From Chthonomonadaceae bacterium (GTDB lineage: Bacteria; Armatimonadota; Chthonomonadetes; Chthonomonadales; Chthonomonadaceae), in the NCBI GenBank assembly GCA_035650735.1, contig DASRGZ010000028.1, positions 1 to 62,921 of the forward strand: a DNA stretch of 62,921 nucleotides. Reading direction: 5' to 3'. Below are positions 20,939 through 30,740 of this stretch, one piece after another (within the stretch, counting starts at the first letter, position 1; each line of letters opens with the position of its first letter). The position numbers were made by a program, and so were the translations under genes. The notes beneath the pieces were generated by a model. That model ran no database searches, had not been told where the DNA came from, and was given only the letters and a program-made list of their open reading frames with translations.

Positions 20939-22062
20939 TGCCGACAAACCAGACCCAATCCCAATATGGCCCCCGTTGCACGGGGATGAACGGTACAGCG
21001 CTCCTCTGCTCGGGAATAGCGGCACTCCTCATCGCGCTCGTTGTGCTGCTCTCTTCCTGCGCAGCTCTGGCACAGGAGGCCCCCGCCAAAGCGGCAGGAC
21101 ATAATGGCTTTGTTCTTGCGGTCTGCTTTAGCCCGGACAGCCGTTTCCTTGCCTCCGGCGGTGACGACCACACCATCAAAATCTGGAGCCCTGCCACGGG
21201 CGCGCTTGTGCGGACGATACCGGTGGGGCGTCTCAACGAGCCTCGGGCGCTGTGCTTCCAACCGGGCACCGATTTCCTCACCTTCCAGGATGGTATTCAC
21301 CTGAAGTTACAGGATGTCGCCACAGGCAAGGAGGTCTGTGCCTGGGAAGCTGACCCGGATTTCAAGCACGTTGGCGGCGTTAATTCTATGCAATATTCGC
21401 CCGATGGACGGACGCTACTGTGTGGTTGGGAGAGCGGCGGCTGGACCCTCTGGCAGCAGGAAGATATAAAGCTCGGAGCAGGAGCGCAACCTATCATGAC
21501 CTGGAAGGCCGTTCGAGACGTCCAGACAAACGGTCTCTGTGCGGTGCGGTTCGCTCCGGACGTAAATCGCATTGCGGCGGCAGCAGAATTCGGTGATGTA
21601 GTTCAGTTTTGGAAGGCAGGAACCGCGGAGCCCACGCAAACCCTTACCTTTCCTGATGAGATGTGCTATGGCATGGACTCCAGCCCATCAGGCCACAGGC
21701 TGGCTGTGGTCTTTGAAAAGGCGTTGGTTGAGCTGGATGCCGATACAGGTAAAATCCTGCATAAAATAACGTTGTCGTATGGACATGCCGCCGCTTCCTC
21801 TCCCCGAACGAATGCCCTGGCAGTAGCCGATGGAACAACGGTAAAAATATTCGATGTGCAGCGCAGCCATATAGAACACGTTCTTTCCGGGCATACGCAG
21901 GTTATTTTCGCGCTTGCCTACAGCCCGGATGGCAGATGGATAGCATCCGGAAGTCGAGACCGCACCGTCCGTCTGTGGAATGCTCAGACCGGCGCCCTTC
22001 AGTTTACTCTGGGAACGGACGCGAAGGTGCGCCCCGAACAACTTCAGGCTCCAAAGGACTGA
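20938..22062 (+). CDS. Secreted or membrane-anchored WD40-repeat protein
   Basis: ATG overlaps the upstream TAA (TAATG); hydrophobic N-terminus; GH...V..V.FSPD...LASGGDD.TIKIW repeats. Confidence 0.88.
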   Translation: MPTNQTQSQYGPRCTGMNGTALLCSGIAALLIALVVLLSSCAALAQEAPAKAAGHNGFVLAVCFSPDSRFLASGGDDHTIKIWSPATGALVRTIPVGRLNEPRALCFQPGTDFLTFQDGIHLKLQDVATGKEVCAWEADPDFKHVGGVNSMQYSPDGRTLLCGWESGGWTLWQQEDIKLGAGAQPIMTWKAVRDVQTNGLCAVRFAPDVNRIAAAAEFGDVVQFWKAGTAEPTQTLTFPDEMCYGMDSSPSGHRLAVVFEKALVELDADTGKILHKITLSYGHAAASSPRTNALAVADGTTVKIFDVQRSHIEHVLSGHTQVIFALAYSPDGRWIASGSRDRTVRLWNAQTGALQFTLGTDAKVRPEQLQAPKD

Positions 22063-22067
22063 TCCAG

Positions 22068-25000
22068 ATGAAGCTACGGATCTTCTTCCGCTTCCCCAGG
22101 GCTGTTTCCCTATTCCTTGCCTTCTGCCTCGGGCCGGCGCACGCGGCAGGAGCGCAGCAGGCCGCGGCCTCCTCAGCCGAGACGCCTCAGTTGGTGGCGC
22201 AACTGCGTGCATTGGATGCCGTTGCGGTGGCGTTCAGCCCGGATGGATTATGGCTCGCCAATGGGAATCAACTGTGGGATGTCCGCTCCCGCAAGCTGGT
22301 GCGTATCTTCACTGCCCGGCAATCCCTAAAGGATGCCGCCTTTTCGCCGGACGGCAAGCTCCTGGCCGGCCTCGGGGATAAGGCCGTGATTGTCTGGCAG
22401 GTAAGTCAAAGTACCCCGCTACAGACGTTGCAGACGGCGCAGGAGACTCCGACATGCCTTGCGTTCCAGCCGGGTGCCGGGCGGCTTGCGGTTGGCTGCG
22501 CCAGCGGTAAGATATGTCTGTGGGACATTCGCGCAAAGCAGAGCCGCATCCTCAACATAGGTTCCCAGGCAATCACGGACTTAGGGTTTAATGCGACCGG
22601 CGGCACGCTCGCAGCCAGCACAAACTCCGGTGTTGTCGTTATGAACCTGGGGACAGGAACCCGGCGACTGCTCAAGCATCCGACCCTGAAATCCGTGGCA
22701 AGTGTCGCTATCGATCCGCAGGGTAAGTATGTGGCGGCGGGTAGCGAGAACGGCCTGGTTCTGTGGGAGGTACCGTCCGGTAATGTGCGAGGGACTTTTC
22801 CCCACTCCGGCCAGGTGCGTTTCACGAAGGATGGCCGTACCCTGCTCAACCTGCGGAACAGCTTCGAATCCCTGGATGGCCAACTGACCCTCGGCAATTC
22901 CATAGACTATCTCGATCCCCACACAGCGCAGCGCTATGCCTCCATTACACGCTCGTATGGGATCGAGCGTATTGCCGTCGATCCGCGCAACGAGTTCATC
23001 GCCGGTTCGTCCTTCGGCTCCATTGTGCTCTTCAGCCTTGCCAACCGGGATGATAACAGCCTGCTGCAGGGTCACGGCGTTCAGGTTACCACTCTGGCGT
23101 GCGATCATAAAGGCCAGCTTTTCGCCCTGGGCGCAGGCCCTCGCATCGTCCTGTGGGATGCAAGCAAAGGACGCACGCTGCGCAGCTTTTCGCTGGGAAC
23201 CCAATACGGAGAACACGCCACGGCGCTATTTTTCAGCCCGAGCGACGAGACGCTCTATGCCTGTACCGCGCAAGGTCTCCGCCGATGGAGGCTCACAGAG
23301 GGAACCGAGCTCGAGCCCCTGCGTAAGGCGTCCCCGGATCCCCGCTCCTCGCCGGATTACTATGATATTTACTATGAAGCGGCAGCCATCAGCCGGGATG
23401 GGAGTCGAGTCTTTGGGTTGCGCAACTTGAGGAAATCCCCCGCGGAGATTACAGGCTCCCTCGAATGTGGCAAGGTAGATGTTTGGGAGGCTGCCTTCCA
23501 GCAGAAGCTGCTCACGTTTGGCGATACACAGTGGACTGAGGTGAAACGCTCCGAGGACTCCCACACGTTTTGGAAGGCCGCCTTACGCGCAGATGATCAG
23601 CGTCTGGCGACCAGCCGTCTGAATGAGGACACCGTTCAGATCTGGGATGCGGTATCGGGGCGCTTGCTGAACACGCTCAGTCCGCACGCCGGACAGGTCT
23701 TCTCTCTGGCGTACAGCACCACTGATAATCTGCTCGCCGTTGGCTGCGCCGATGGCAGCGTGCAGTTGTGGGCCGACGATGGCGCACGACCGCTGGGAGT
23801 GATTCAGGGCCATGCAAGCGGTGTCAGCGCACTTGCTTTTACGCCAGACGGCAAGTCCCTGATCAGCGGTAACGAGAATGGTTTCGTCACTGTCTGGAAC
23901 GTAACGACCCGTGCGCAGGTACGCACGCTCGGGCAGATGGAAGGCTACATATCAGAAATCGCCCTCTCGTCCGATGGTAAGCTCTGCCTGGCTGCCAGCG
24001 CAGACGGCACGGTGCATTTGTGGAAAGTGGCGGAGGGCACGCTGCTGCTCGCTCTGGTGCCTACGGAAGCGGGTGAAGTGCTGGCCGCTACACCCGAAGG
24101 CTACTACGCAAGCGCGCGTAATGCGACCCAAGCCGTGGCCTTTCGAGTCGGAAACCGGGCCTATCCTTTTGAGCAGTTCGATTTACGGCTGAACCGGCCC
24201 GACAAAGTGTTGGAGACATTAGGCAGCTCTGACCAGGCCCTGCTCTCATTCTATCGTGCGGCCTATCACAAACGGCTGGAGAAGATGGGCTTCACCGAGG
24301 CCAGCTTCAGCAACGACTTCCATCTTCCGGACCCGCCTTCCCTGACGCCAGCCCTTCCCCTGACCACCAATACAGGGACACTGGCGTTCACTGTATCGGC
24401 TTCGGATACATTGTACCCACTGGATCGCGTCAATGTTTGGGTTAACGACGTGCCTGTCCCCAGAATAGAAGCCGCCCGTTTGCGCGAGCAAGTACAGCAT
24501 CACGTTACGGTTCCCGTCCGCATAGACCTGACGCCGGGGCGCAATAAAGTGCAGGTCTCGGTACTCAATCGAAAAGGGGCAGAGAGCCTGCGAGAAACAT
24601 GGGAGGTGACCTACACGCCCCAGACACCGGCTCCCAAACCCAGGCTGTGGGTGCTATGCATCGGCGTCTCTCAGTATCAGGACAGCCGTTATCTCCTCCG
24701 ATACGCAGCCAAAGATGCGCAGGATGTCGCCAACCTGCTGGCCTCTCACCAGGATAAATTCGCGTCTGTGAACAAACATACTCTGCTGGATGATCATGCG
24801 ACGAAGGAGCAAATTCTCCAAGAGAAGGACTGGCTGTCACAGAGCGGGGTAGATGATGAGGTCGTCGTGTTCGTGGCCGGGCACGGGATGCTGGATGCCA
24901 AGCTGGACTACTACTTCGGCACGGTAGACATGAATTTTGAGCATCCCGAACAGAAGGGACTGTCCTATGAGCAACTGGAAAGCCTGCTCGATGGCATTGC

Positions 25001-25436
25001 CGCCCGCAAGAAGTTGCTGCTAATGGACACCTGTCATGCGGGTGAGGTAGATAAGGAAGGGGACGGCGATCCGCAGAAGGGCCTTGACTTGCCTCCGGGC
25101 GTAACCGCGATACCGGGAAGCCGCGGCGTGCAGCCGGCGAACGCGCCCCGCGTGGGGCTGCAAGACTCGTTCGCCCTGATGCAGCAGTTGTTTGTAGACC
25201 TGCGGCGCGGCAACGGGGCGCAGGTGATCGCCTCGGCAGCGGGCCAGCAGTATGCGCTAGAGCGGGAGGGAAACGGCGTGTTTACGGCGGCGCTGCTGGA
25301 AGGCTTACGCGCAGGCAAGACCAAAATTTCCGAGCTGAGCGCCTTTGTGGCGCAGCGCGTGGCGGAACAGACGCATGGCCGGCAGATCCCAACGACGCGG
25401 CAAGAAAACGTTGAGTTCGACTGGAACGTTTTCTGA
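22068..25436 (+). CDS. Secreted WD40-repeat + Ig-like + caspase-family (C14) protein
   Basis: Signal peptide, many WD40 repeats, YPFEQFDLRLNRPD linker, FVAGHG/DTCHAG dyad, NGVFTAALLEGL, QIPTTRQEN. Confidence 0.92.
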   Translation: MKLRIFFRFPRAVSLFLAFCLGPAHAAGAQQAAASSAETPQLVAQLRALDAVAVAFSPDGLWLANGNQLWDVRSRKLVRIFTARQSLKDAAFSPDGKLLAGLGDKAVIVWQVSQSTPLQTLQTAQETPTCLAFQPGAGRLAVGCASGKICLWDIRAKQSRILNIGSQAITDLGFNATGGTLAASTNSGVVVMNLGTGTRRLLKHPTLKSVASVAIDPQGKYVAAGSENGLVLWEVPSGNVRGTFPHSGQVRFTKDGRTLLNLRNSFESLDGQLTLGNSIDYLDPHTAQRYASITRSYGIERIAVDPRNEFIAGSSFGSIVLFSLANRDDNSLLQGHGVQVTTLACDHKGQLFALGAGPRIVLWDASKGRTLRSFSLGTQYGEHATALFFSPSDETLYACTAQGLRRWRLTEGTELEPLRKASPDPRSSPDYYDIYYEAAAISRDGSRVFGLRNLRKSPAEITGSLECGKVDVWEAAFQQKLLTFGDTQWTEVKRSEDSHTFWKAALRADDQRLATSRLNEDTVQIWDAVSGRLLNTLSPHAGQVFSLAYSTTDNLLAVGCADGSVQLWADDGARPLGVIQGHASGVSALAFTPDGKSLISGNENGFVTVWNVTTRAQVRTLGQMEGYISEIALSSDGKLCLAASADGTVHLWKVAEGTLLLALVPTEAGEVLAATPEGYYASARNATQAVAFRVGNRAYPFEQFDLRLNRPDKVLETLGSSDQALLSFYRAAYHKRLEKMGFTEASFSNDFHLPDPPSLTPALPLTTNTGTLAFTVSASDTLYPLDRVNVWVNDVPVPRIEAARLREQVQHHVTVPVRIDLTPGRNKVQVSVLNRKGAESLRETWEVTYTPQTPAPKPRLWVLCIGVSQYQDSRYLLRYAAKDAQDVANLLASHQDKFASVNKHTLLDDHATKEQILQEKDWLSQSGVDDEVVVFVAGHGMLDAKLDYYFGTVDMNFEHPEQKGLSYEQLESLLDGIAARKKLLLMDTCHAGEVDKEGDGDPQKGLDLPPGVTAIPGSRGVQPANAPRVGLQDSFALMQQLFVDLRRGNGAQVIASAAGQQYALEREGNGVFTAALLEGLRAGKTKISELSAFVAQRVAEQTHGRQIPTTRQENVEFDWNVF

Positions 25437-25499
25437 GGCAGCCTCTCAGAAGATGAGAGCGGAGCCCGGATGTAATCTATTCACCATAAGGAGTAATCC

Positions 25500-25910
25500 A
25501 TGAACGTTGATCCGGAGGGTCTTGGTCCAGCTCGGCTGCCGGATGCCGGGCAAAATACCAGGCTAACGTGCCGCCAGTTCTCGCGGGTGATGGCCGGGTC
25601 GGCGGCGGGCCTGCTATTGGGCAGTGCTGCCGCTGCGGAGACGGGTGAAGCGGGTAATGCCGCTGCGCCGCAAGAGACGCCTGCGGACAAGGCATCCACG
25701 CCGGAGCCGGAAGACCCGCGCATCGCTCGACTGGAAAAAGAACGCGGCGCTCCCTTCACCTCCGAACAGCGCGCCAAGCTGCCGGCCCAGCTCAAGGATC
25801 TGGACGAGAGCAGCACGGCGCTCCGGAAGTTCCCTCTGTCCGACGGTGGCAGTGAGCCGCGCTTCGTGTTCCATCCTGAGCGCGCGCAGCGCCGCACTCG
25901 TCGGAAGTAA
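25500..25910 (+). CDS. Small amidase-associated protein with Tat-like leader (GatC/AtzG-like tail)
   Basis: AAGGAG RBS; LTCRQFSR followed by a hydrophobic AAAA leader; C-terminal LRKFPL....EP.FVF; directly upstream of the amidase. Confidence 0.65.
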   Translation: MNVDPEGLGPARLPDAGQNTRLTCRQFSRVMAGSAAGLLLGSAAAAETGEAGNAAAPQETPADKASTPEPEDPRIARLEKERGAPFTSEQRAKLPAQLKDLDESSTALRKFPLSDGGSEPRFVFHPERAQRRTRRK

Positions 25911-26043
25911 CGCGGGCCTTGCCGACCAGCGTTAGAAACCGCGTTTCCTCCTGCGGCAACAGCAACGTTTCCCCAGAGGGATCCACCACCCGCGCCGCTT
26001 AGCGAGACATTCTTATCCTCGAACCCAAGAGGAGGCCCTTCGC

Positions 26044-27447
26044 ATGGAAGATATCCCGCTGCACTATCGCTCCGCGACGGAACTAGGCCAGATGCTCCGG
26101 GCGAAAAAGGTCTCGTCCGTGGAATTGACCCAGCTTTACCTGGACCGTCTGGACAAGCAGGGCCGTTCGCTTAACGCGCTGGCCGAGCTCACGCGCGACC
26201 TGGCCCTTCGGCAGGCGCGGCAGGCCGATGCGGAACTGGCGGCGGGCAGGGCGCGCAGTCCGCTGCACGGCGTCCCCTATGGCGCGAAGGACCTGCTCGC
26301 GACGGCGGGCATTCCGACACGCTGGGGCTCGCCCGCCCACCAGGACCAGGTGTTCGACTACGACGCGACGGTGGTCGAGCGGCTGCGGGAGGCGGGCGCG
26401 GTGCTGGTGGGCAAGCTGGCGATGGTGGAGCTGGCCGGTGGCGGGGGCTACGAGTACGCCTCCGCCTCGCTGCACGGGCCGGGCCGCTGTCCCTGGAACC
26501 CGGAGCGATGGTCGGGCGGATCGTCGTCGGGGTCCGGCGCGGCGGTAGGCGCGGGCGCGGTCGGGTTCGCCATTGGGACCGAGACCTGGGGCAGCATCAC
26601 CGTCCCCGCCGCCTTCTGCGGCATCAGCGGCCTGCGGCCCACCTACGGGCGCGTCAGCCGGCACGGGGCGATGGCGCTCTGCTGGACGCTGGACAAGATC
26701 GGCCCGATGGCGCGCTCCGCCGAGGACTGCGGCCATATCCTCAAGGCCATCGCGGGCCACGATCCGCGCGACCCGTCCAGCGCGACCGACCGCTTCACGT
26801 TCCGGCCCCGCGCCGCCCGTCCCTCTGGCAGCCGCCCGGTACGCCTGGGCATCCTGCCCCACGATTACAGCAAAGCCCCGGAAGCGCATCGGCAGTTCGA
26901 CGCCGCTCTGGAGGTGTTCAAAAAACGCAAGTTCACGCTTAAGGACGCCAAATACCCGCCGGACATCCCTTACGACAGCGCGGCGGGCGCCATCGTGACA
27001 ACGGAGGGATCGGCGGCATTCGAGAACCTGATCCGCAGCCCCAAACTCAAGCTGCTGGCCGACCCCTACCAGCAGGCGGGCCTTATCGCCGGCCTGGCCG
27101 TGCCTGCCGCGGACTACCTGCGCGCCCTGCGAATCCGTACGGTCGCGCTCAACGCGCTCAATACGCTCTGGGACGACTTCGACGCGCTGATCGCCCCCAC
27201 CCTGCTGGTGGTCGCCACGCCGATTGACCGCAGCCTCAACGCAATCTCCGAGCCCTGGGGCGGCAACGGCGGGCCGGGCAACCTGGCCGGCTGGCCCTCT
27301 ATCTCGATCCCCATGGGCTTCGGCAAAGACCACCTGCCGCTGGGCCTGGAGATCATCGGCTCGCCCTATGCGGAGCAGACGATCCTTTCTATCGCTATGA
27401 CCTTCCAGCGCGATACGGACTGGCACCGACAGCACCCCGACATTTAG
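26044..27447 (+). CDS. Amidase-signature family enzyme (GatA/AtzE-like)
   Basis: PLHGVPYGAKD, GGSSSGSGAAV, GTETWGSITVPAAFCG, LRPTYGRVSR. Confidence 0.93.
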   Translation: MEDIPLHYRSATELGQMLRAKKVSSVELTQLYLDRLDKQGRSLNALAELTRDLALRQARQADAELAAGRARSPLHGVPYGAKDLLATAGIPTRWGSPAHQDQVFDYDATVVERLREAGAVLVGKLAMVELAGGGGYEYASASLHGPGRCPWNPERWSGGSSSGSGAAVGAGAVGFAIGTETWGSITVPAAFCGISGLRPTYGRVSRHGAMALCWTLDKIGPMARSAEDCGHILKAIAGHDPRDPSSATDRFTFRPRAARPSGSRPVRLGILPHDYSKAPEAHRQFDAALEVFKKRKFTLKDAKYPPDIPYDSAAGAIVTTEGSAAFENLIRSPKLKLLADPYQQAGLIAGLAVPAADYLRALRIRTVALNALNTLWDDFDALIAPTLLVVATPIDRSLNAISEPWGGNGGPGNLAGWPSISIPMGFGKDHLPLGLEIIGSPYAEQTILSIAMTFQRDTDWHRQHPDI

Positions 27448-27637
27448 TAGGAGCGGGCGCTGTCTACCGGGTCGGCGGTCTGCGTCCGTGCCCGGGTGTA
27501 ATTAGCAAGGGTAGGAAAGCCGATCCATATGGGCCAAACGGCCCATGTCGCCTGGACGATGCTTCGGTACACTGTATACATCGAAATCCAGAAACGCCTT
27601 TGCTGGTTGAGGCGATCAAGGCGCAAGAGGCAGCGCT

Positions 27638-28266
27638 ATGTCCATCAGTTCTCTTCATAGCACCCGAGGTTACGCTCGCTTGCACCGGCTCCAACACCTT
27701 CCCTCCTGTCTTGTGGCAGTTCGGGTGTCTCTTGGCCCTCTCCTCTACCTGATGACGGTGCGCGGTGTCGCAGGCGCGTGGCTAGTCCTGGGATTGTCGG
27801 CGGCTTTCCTCTCCGACGTGTTTGAGGGCATCCTGGCACGCCGGATCGGAGTGGCAACCGAACGGTTACGTGTAGCGGACAGTTGGGCGGACGGCTGGTT
27901 CTATGTCTGGGTAGCGGCAGCCGTAGGACGCACGGCGCCAGAGGTCGTCCGTGCGTCCTACGGCTGCCGCTGCTGGTCGTGGTCTCGCTGCAACTGTTCT
28001 CTTACGCTTTCGATCTGGTCAAGTATCGGCGGATCGCCTCGTTCCATGCCTACACCGCCAAAGCCTGGGGGATTACGCTCTTTCTGGCAGCGGCGGCTTT
28101 GCTCGGTTTCCACACAGGCGGCGTATTTCTGTGGCTGGCGATCCTCCTGGGCATCGTCAGCAACCTCGACGGTCTTGCTATAAAGGTCATCCTACCGGAA
28201 TGGCAGCCAGACGTGCCCAGCGTCTTCCACGCGCTACGGTTGCGGCAAACACGTCGGGCTATTTAG
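27638..28266 (+). pseudogene. Frameshifted CDP-alcohol phosphatidyltransferase family gene
   Basis: SDVFEGILARR...ADSWAD (DxxDG motif with D>E) in one frame; the membrane C-terminal half (KYRRIASFHAYTAK) in another; shift near 27955. Confidence 0.75.
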
Positions 28267-28334
28267 ACGACGGGGACAATGGCGCCGGGGCCTGCTTGTC
28301 CCGATGGATATCAAACGTCTCCAGGGCTTATCTC

Positions 28335-29999
28335 TCAGGGCCGCTCGGAGGGCCTGTCCTCTGGGGAATTCTCCGGCTCCTCCGGCGCGGAGGGCTCCTT
28401 TCCGGTAGAGTCGGTCTCGTCCTTGTTGGGCTCCCTCTCCGACTCCAAGACCGTAATGGCAACGGGAAACCGTACACGGAACTTGCGACCGGTCTCCGTC
28501 TCCACGCTGACCGTGGCAAAGTATTTGCCGGCCTTCGGAAACTTTACGTGCCAGCCATAGGTGCCCGCTTCTTCCGTAGCGCCCCCAGACCGCGGTTCCA
28601 CTTCCGACGCATCCTCTCCCTCGGCAACGAACCAGCCCTTGACCGTGGCATTGAGGAGCGGGGCTTGCCTGGACGTGTTTCTAATGTGGACTTCGACCTC
28701 GGCCTCCTCTCCGACCACCGGCGGAACCGGATCGACTGTCAGACGGCACTCATAGAGGCCGATGCGCCGAATATTGCGGCTGGCAACACGCTCGCTATTG
28801 GGTAGTTCTTCCTTGCCGTCTTCGGTGGTGTCCGACCTGCCAATGGCGAGGGTATATGCAACCTTAAACACGTCCTCGCTCTCAGTGAGAATGCCTACCG
28901 TCAGGCGGTAATTGCCGGCGCTATGAAAGACAAGGGGTAAATCATACGTGCCGGTTCGCTCGTTGAACTCGGCGGAGGCGGACGAGGCCGACTTTTGGCC
29001 TCGTTTGGCTAACCATCCCCGCAAGGTTGCTCCTGGAACAGACTCCTCTCCTGTATCCTCATCCGTAAGTTGAATCTGGATGGTGGTGGGCTGGCCGATC
29101 TCGATGGTCTTCGGATCGGTAAGCAGGGTGACTTTGTAGTGGCCGCTCCGCTGCACGAGGGCATCGTTGGCTTGTGCTGACTCAGGGCGGCGCGTTTGGG
29201 TGCGCGGCACGCGGCTCGGAGGTTGGGAAGCAGGCTCCTCGCCATTGCGATAAGACTCTATATTCTCATCCGGTGGGGTGGCCCGTTCAGGTCGGGAACG
29301 CCTGGCCGGTTCTTGGGCGCTGTCTCCTCCCTGGTCTTCCTCCTCATGCTGAGGAGAGGCTTTGCGTGGAACGGTGACGTTGGCGACTGGCGAGAAGGAG
29401 GCAGGTACGGAGGCAGCGGCGTTGCGAAATGCCTGCCGGTCAGATTCGGGAAGGGCCTCCACGGTGCGGATAATGTCCTCGGCGGGGATCGGTTCCGTGG
29501 GCTCGCCCAGCGCCGCATACACTTTCTGGAAGAGGGCCCCGATGGGAGTGCCTGCGGTGTAAACGGGCTTGCGCCCGATGGCCAGAGAGAAGTTGTCCCG
29601 CAGCAGCGCCAGCCACCATTGGGCCAATCGCTCTGCATCGCCCTGCCGGGCTAGACGACGGTCAACCGTGACCAGGATATGCGGGGGATGGTCGGGGTGC
29701 TCCTGCTGCTGGAGGATAATCTCTCCGTTGCGGGAGCCCACGCCAAACATTTCGGGCTCCATGCTGTGATCCTCGGTGAGTTGTTCCAGCCGCCGGGCGA
29801 TGATTTCAGCCCGGCGTGCCGGTGAGTAACCGCCCGCGCTGGTGGTAATCACGAACAGATCCATGCCGTGACTGACGACGATGCCCTGCTCCTGTCCATT
29901 GACGACTTCGCGCCGGAACGCGAAGTGGTCTGCCCTTGCGGGAGAACCGAACAGACAGGGAAGAAGCACCAGCAGCCACCCGATGCGTGCTCTAAGCAT
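28335..29999 (-). CDS. Secreted multidomain protein with two C-terminal YtkA/FixH-like Ig domains
   Basis: AAGGAGG RBS before ATG 29999; signal peptide; GGYSPARRAEIIARRL domain; low-complexity linker; duplicated GATL.GW...GTY....F..AG.Y units. Confidence 0.75.
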   Translation of the reverse strand: MLRARIGWLLVLLPCLFGSPARADHFAFRREVVNGQEQGIVVSHGMDLFVITTSAGGYSPARRAEIIARRLEQLTEDHSMEPEMFGVGSRNGEIILQQQEHPDHPPHILVTVDRRLARQGDAERLAQWWLALLRDNFSLAIGRKPVYTAGTPIGALFQKVYAALGEPTEPIPAEDIIRTVEALPESDRQAFRNAAASVPASFSPVANVTVPRKASPQHEEEDQGGDSAQEPARRSRPERATPPDENIESYRNGEEPASQPPSRVPRTQTRRPESAQANDALVQRSGHYKVTLLTDPKTIEIGQPTTIQIQLTDEDTGEESVPGATLRGWLAKRGQKSASSASAEFNERTGTYDLPLVFHSAGNYRLTVGILTESEDVFKVAYTLAIGRSDTTEDGKEELPNSERVASRNIRRIGLYECRLTVDPVPPVVGEEAEVEVHIRNTSRQAPLLNATVKGWFVAEGEDASEVEPRSGGATEEAGTYGWHVKFPKAGKYFATVSVETETGRKFRVRFPVAITVLESEREPNKDETDSTGKEPSAPEEPENSPEDRPSERP

Positions 30000-30240
30000 T
30001 GCGCTTACCTCCTTCATAAGAACGGGAACAATGTGGCATGAAGATTACTCTTAGGGCAGAGAGAGCCAGATCAGGAAAAGGCGAGTCGAAGCAGAGAGTA
30101 AGCCGCTCCGGGGAATGGCCCTCCTGACCGCCGTTGTTGCGCCACTGCCGGCTTCCTGTGGGCCGTTATGTGGAAGAAACGTGGCCTACCGCGGACTGTG
30201 ACGGCGCGTATTGCCGTTGCCTACTCATTAGAAATGATAG

Positions 30241-30740
30241 GTAGTGGCTCAGTTTGCGTTGTCGTTCTGAGCCTTCAGGTATTTAGCCCGTTGTTGCAAG
30301 TTGTAGTCGTGTAGAAACAAGCGCAAGCAGGTCTCGTGCATCTGCTCACATTTCGAGAACGAGAGCGTCTGGCGTACAAAGCGGGCTAAGCGTTGGCGCA
30401 AGGTGTTGTTCCAGCGTTCGATGTGATTGGTCTGCCCGCTCCCTTTGCCTACGGCGGCGTGCTGCTCCTGTGGCAGTAGGGCAGCATAGGCGTTCCAAAA
30501 GTCGGTGTAGAGCGTGCCGGATCGGTACGCCACCGGAACGCGTTCCCACAGCACGCGGCAGGTCGCTTCCGAGGGGTCGCCAATGACATACGCCACGATC
30601 TGGCGGGTGCGCCGACACAGGGCCAGCCAGACCCAGCGCTTGTTCTTGCGAAAGCGTACAAACGACCAGGGTTCATCGAGTGCGAGTGTCTCGTTCTCTT
30701 GAGCGGGCACTCAGGTCGTCGGAAGCGGGGGCACGCGTGG
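30241..30740 (-). mobile_element. IS1-family remnant (InsB region and right end; InsA missing)
   Basis: LALDE.WSFV..K...WVWLAL, TDFWNAY, KGSGQTNHIERWNNTLRQRL.RF.R.TLSFSK; IS1-like end GGTAGTGGC at 30241; in-frame stop just upstream of 30710. Confidence 0.88.

Noticed and set aside
1628..25436. Gasdermin, CBASS or type III CRISPR effector module associated with the caspases
   Set aside because: No gasdermin-like, CD-NTase, SAVED/CARF or cas gene is recognisable, and the proteases mostly carry signal peptides.
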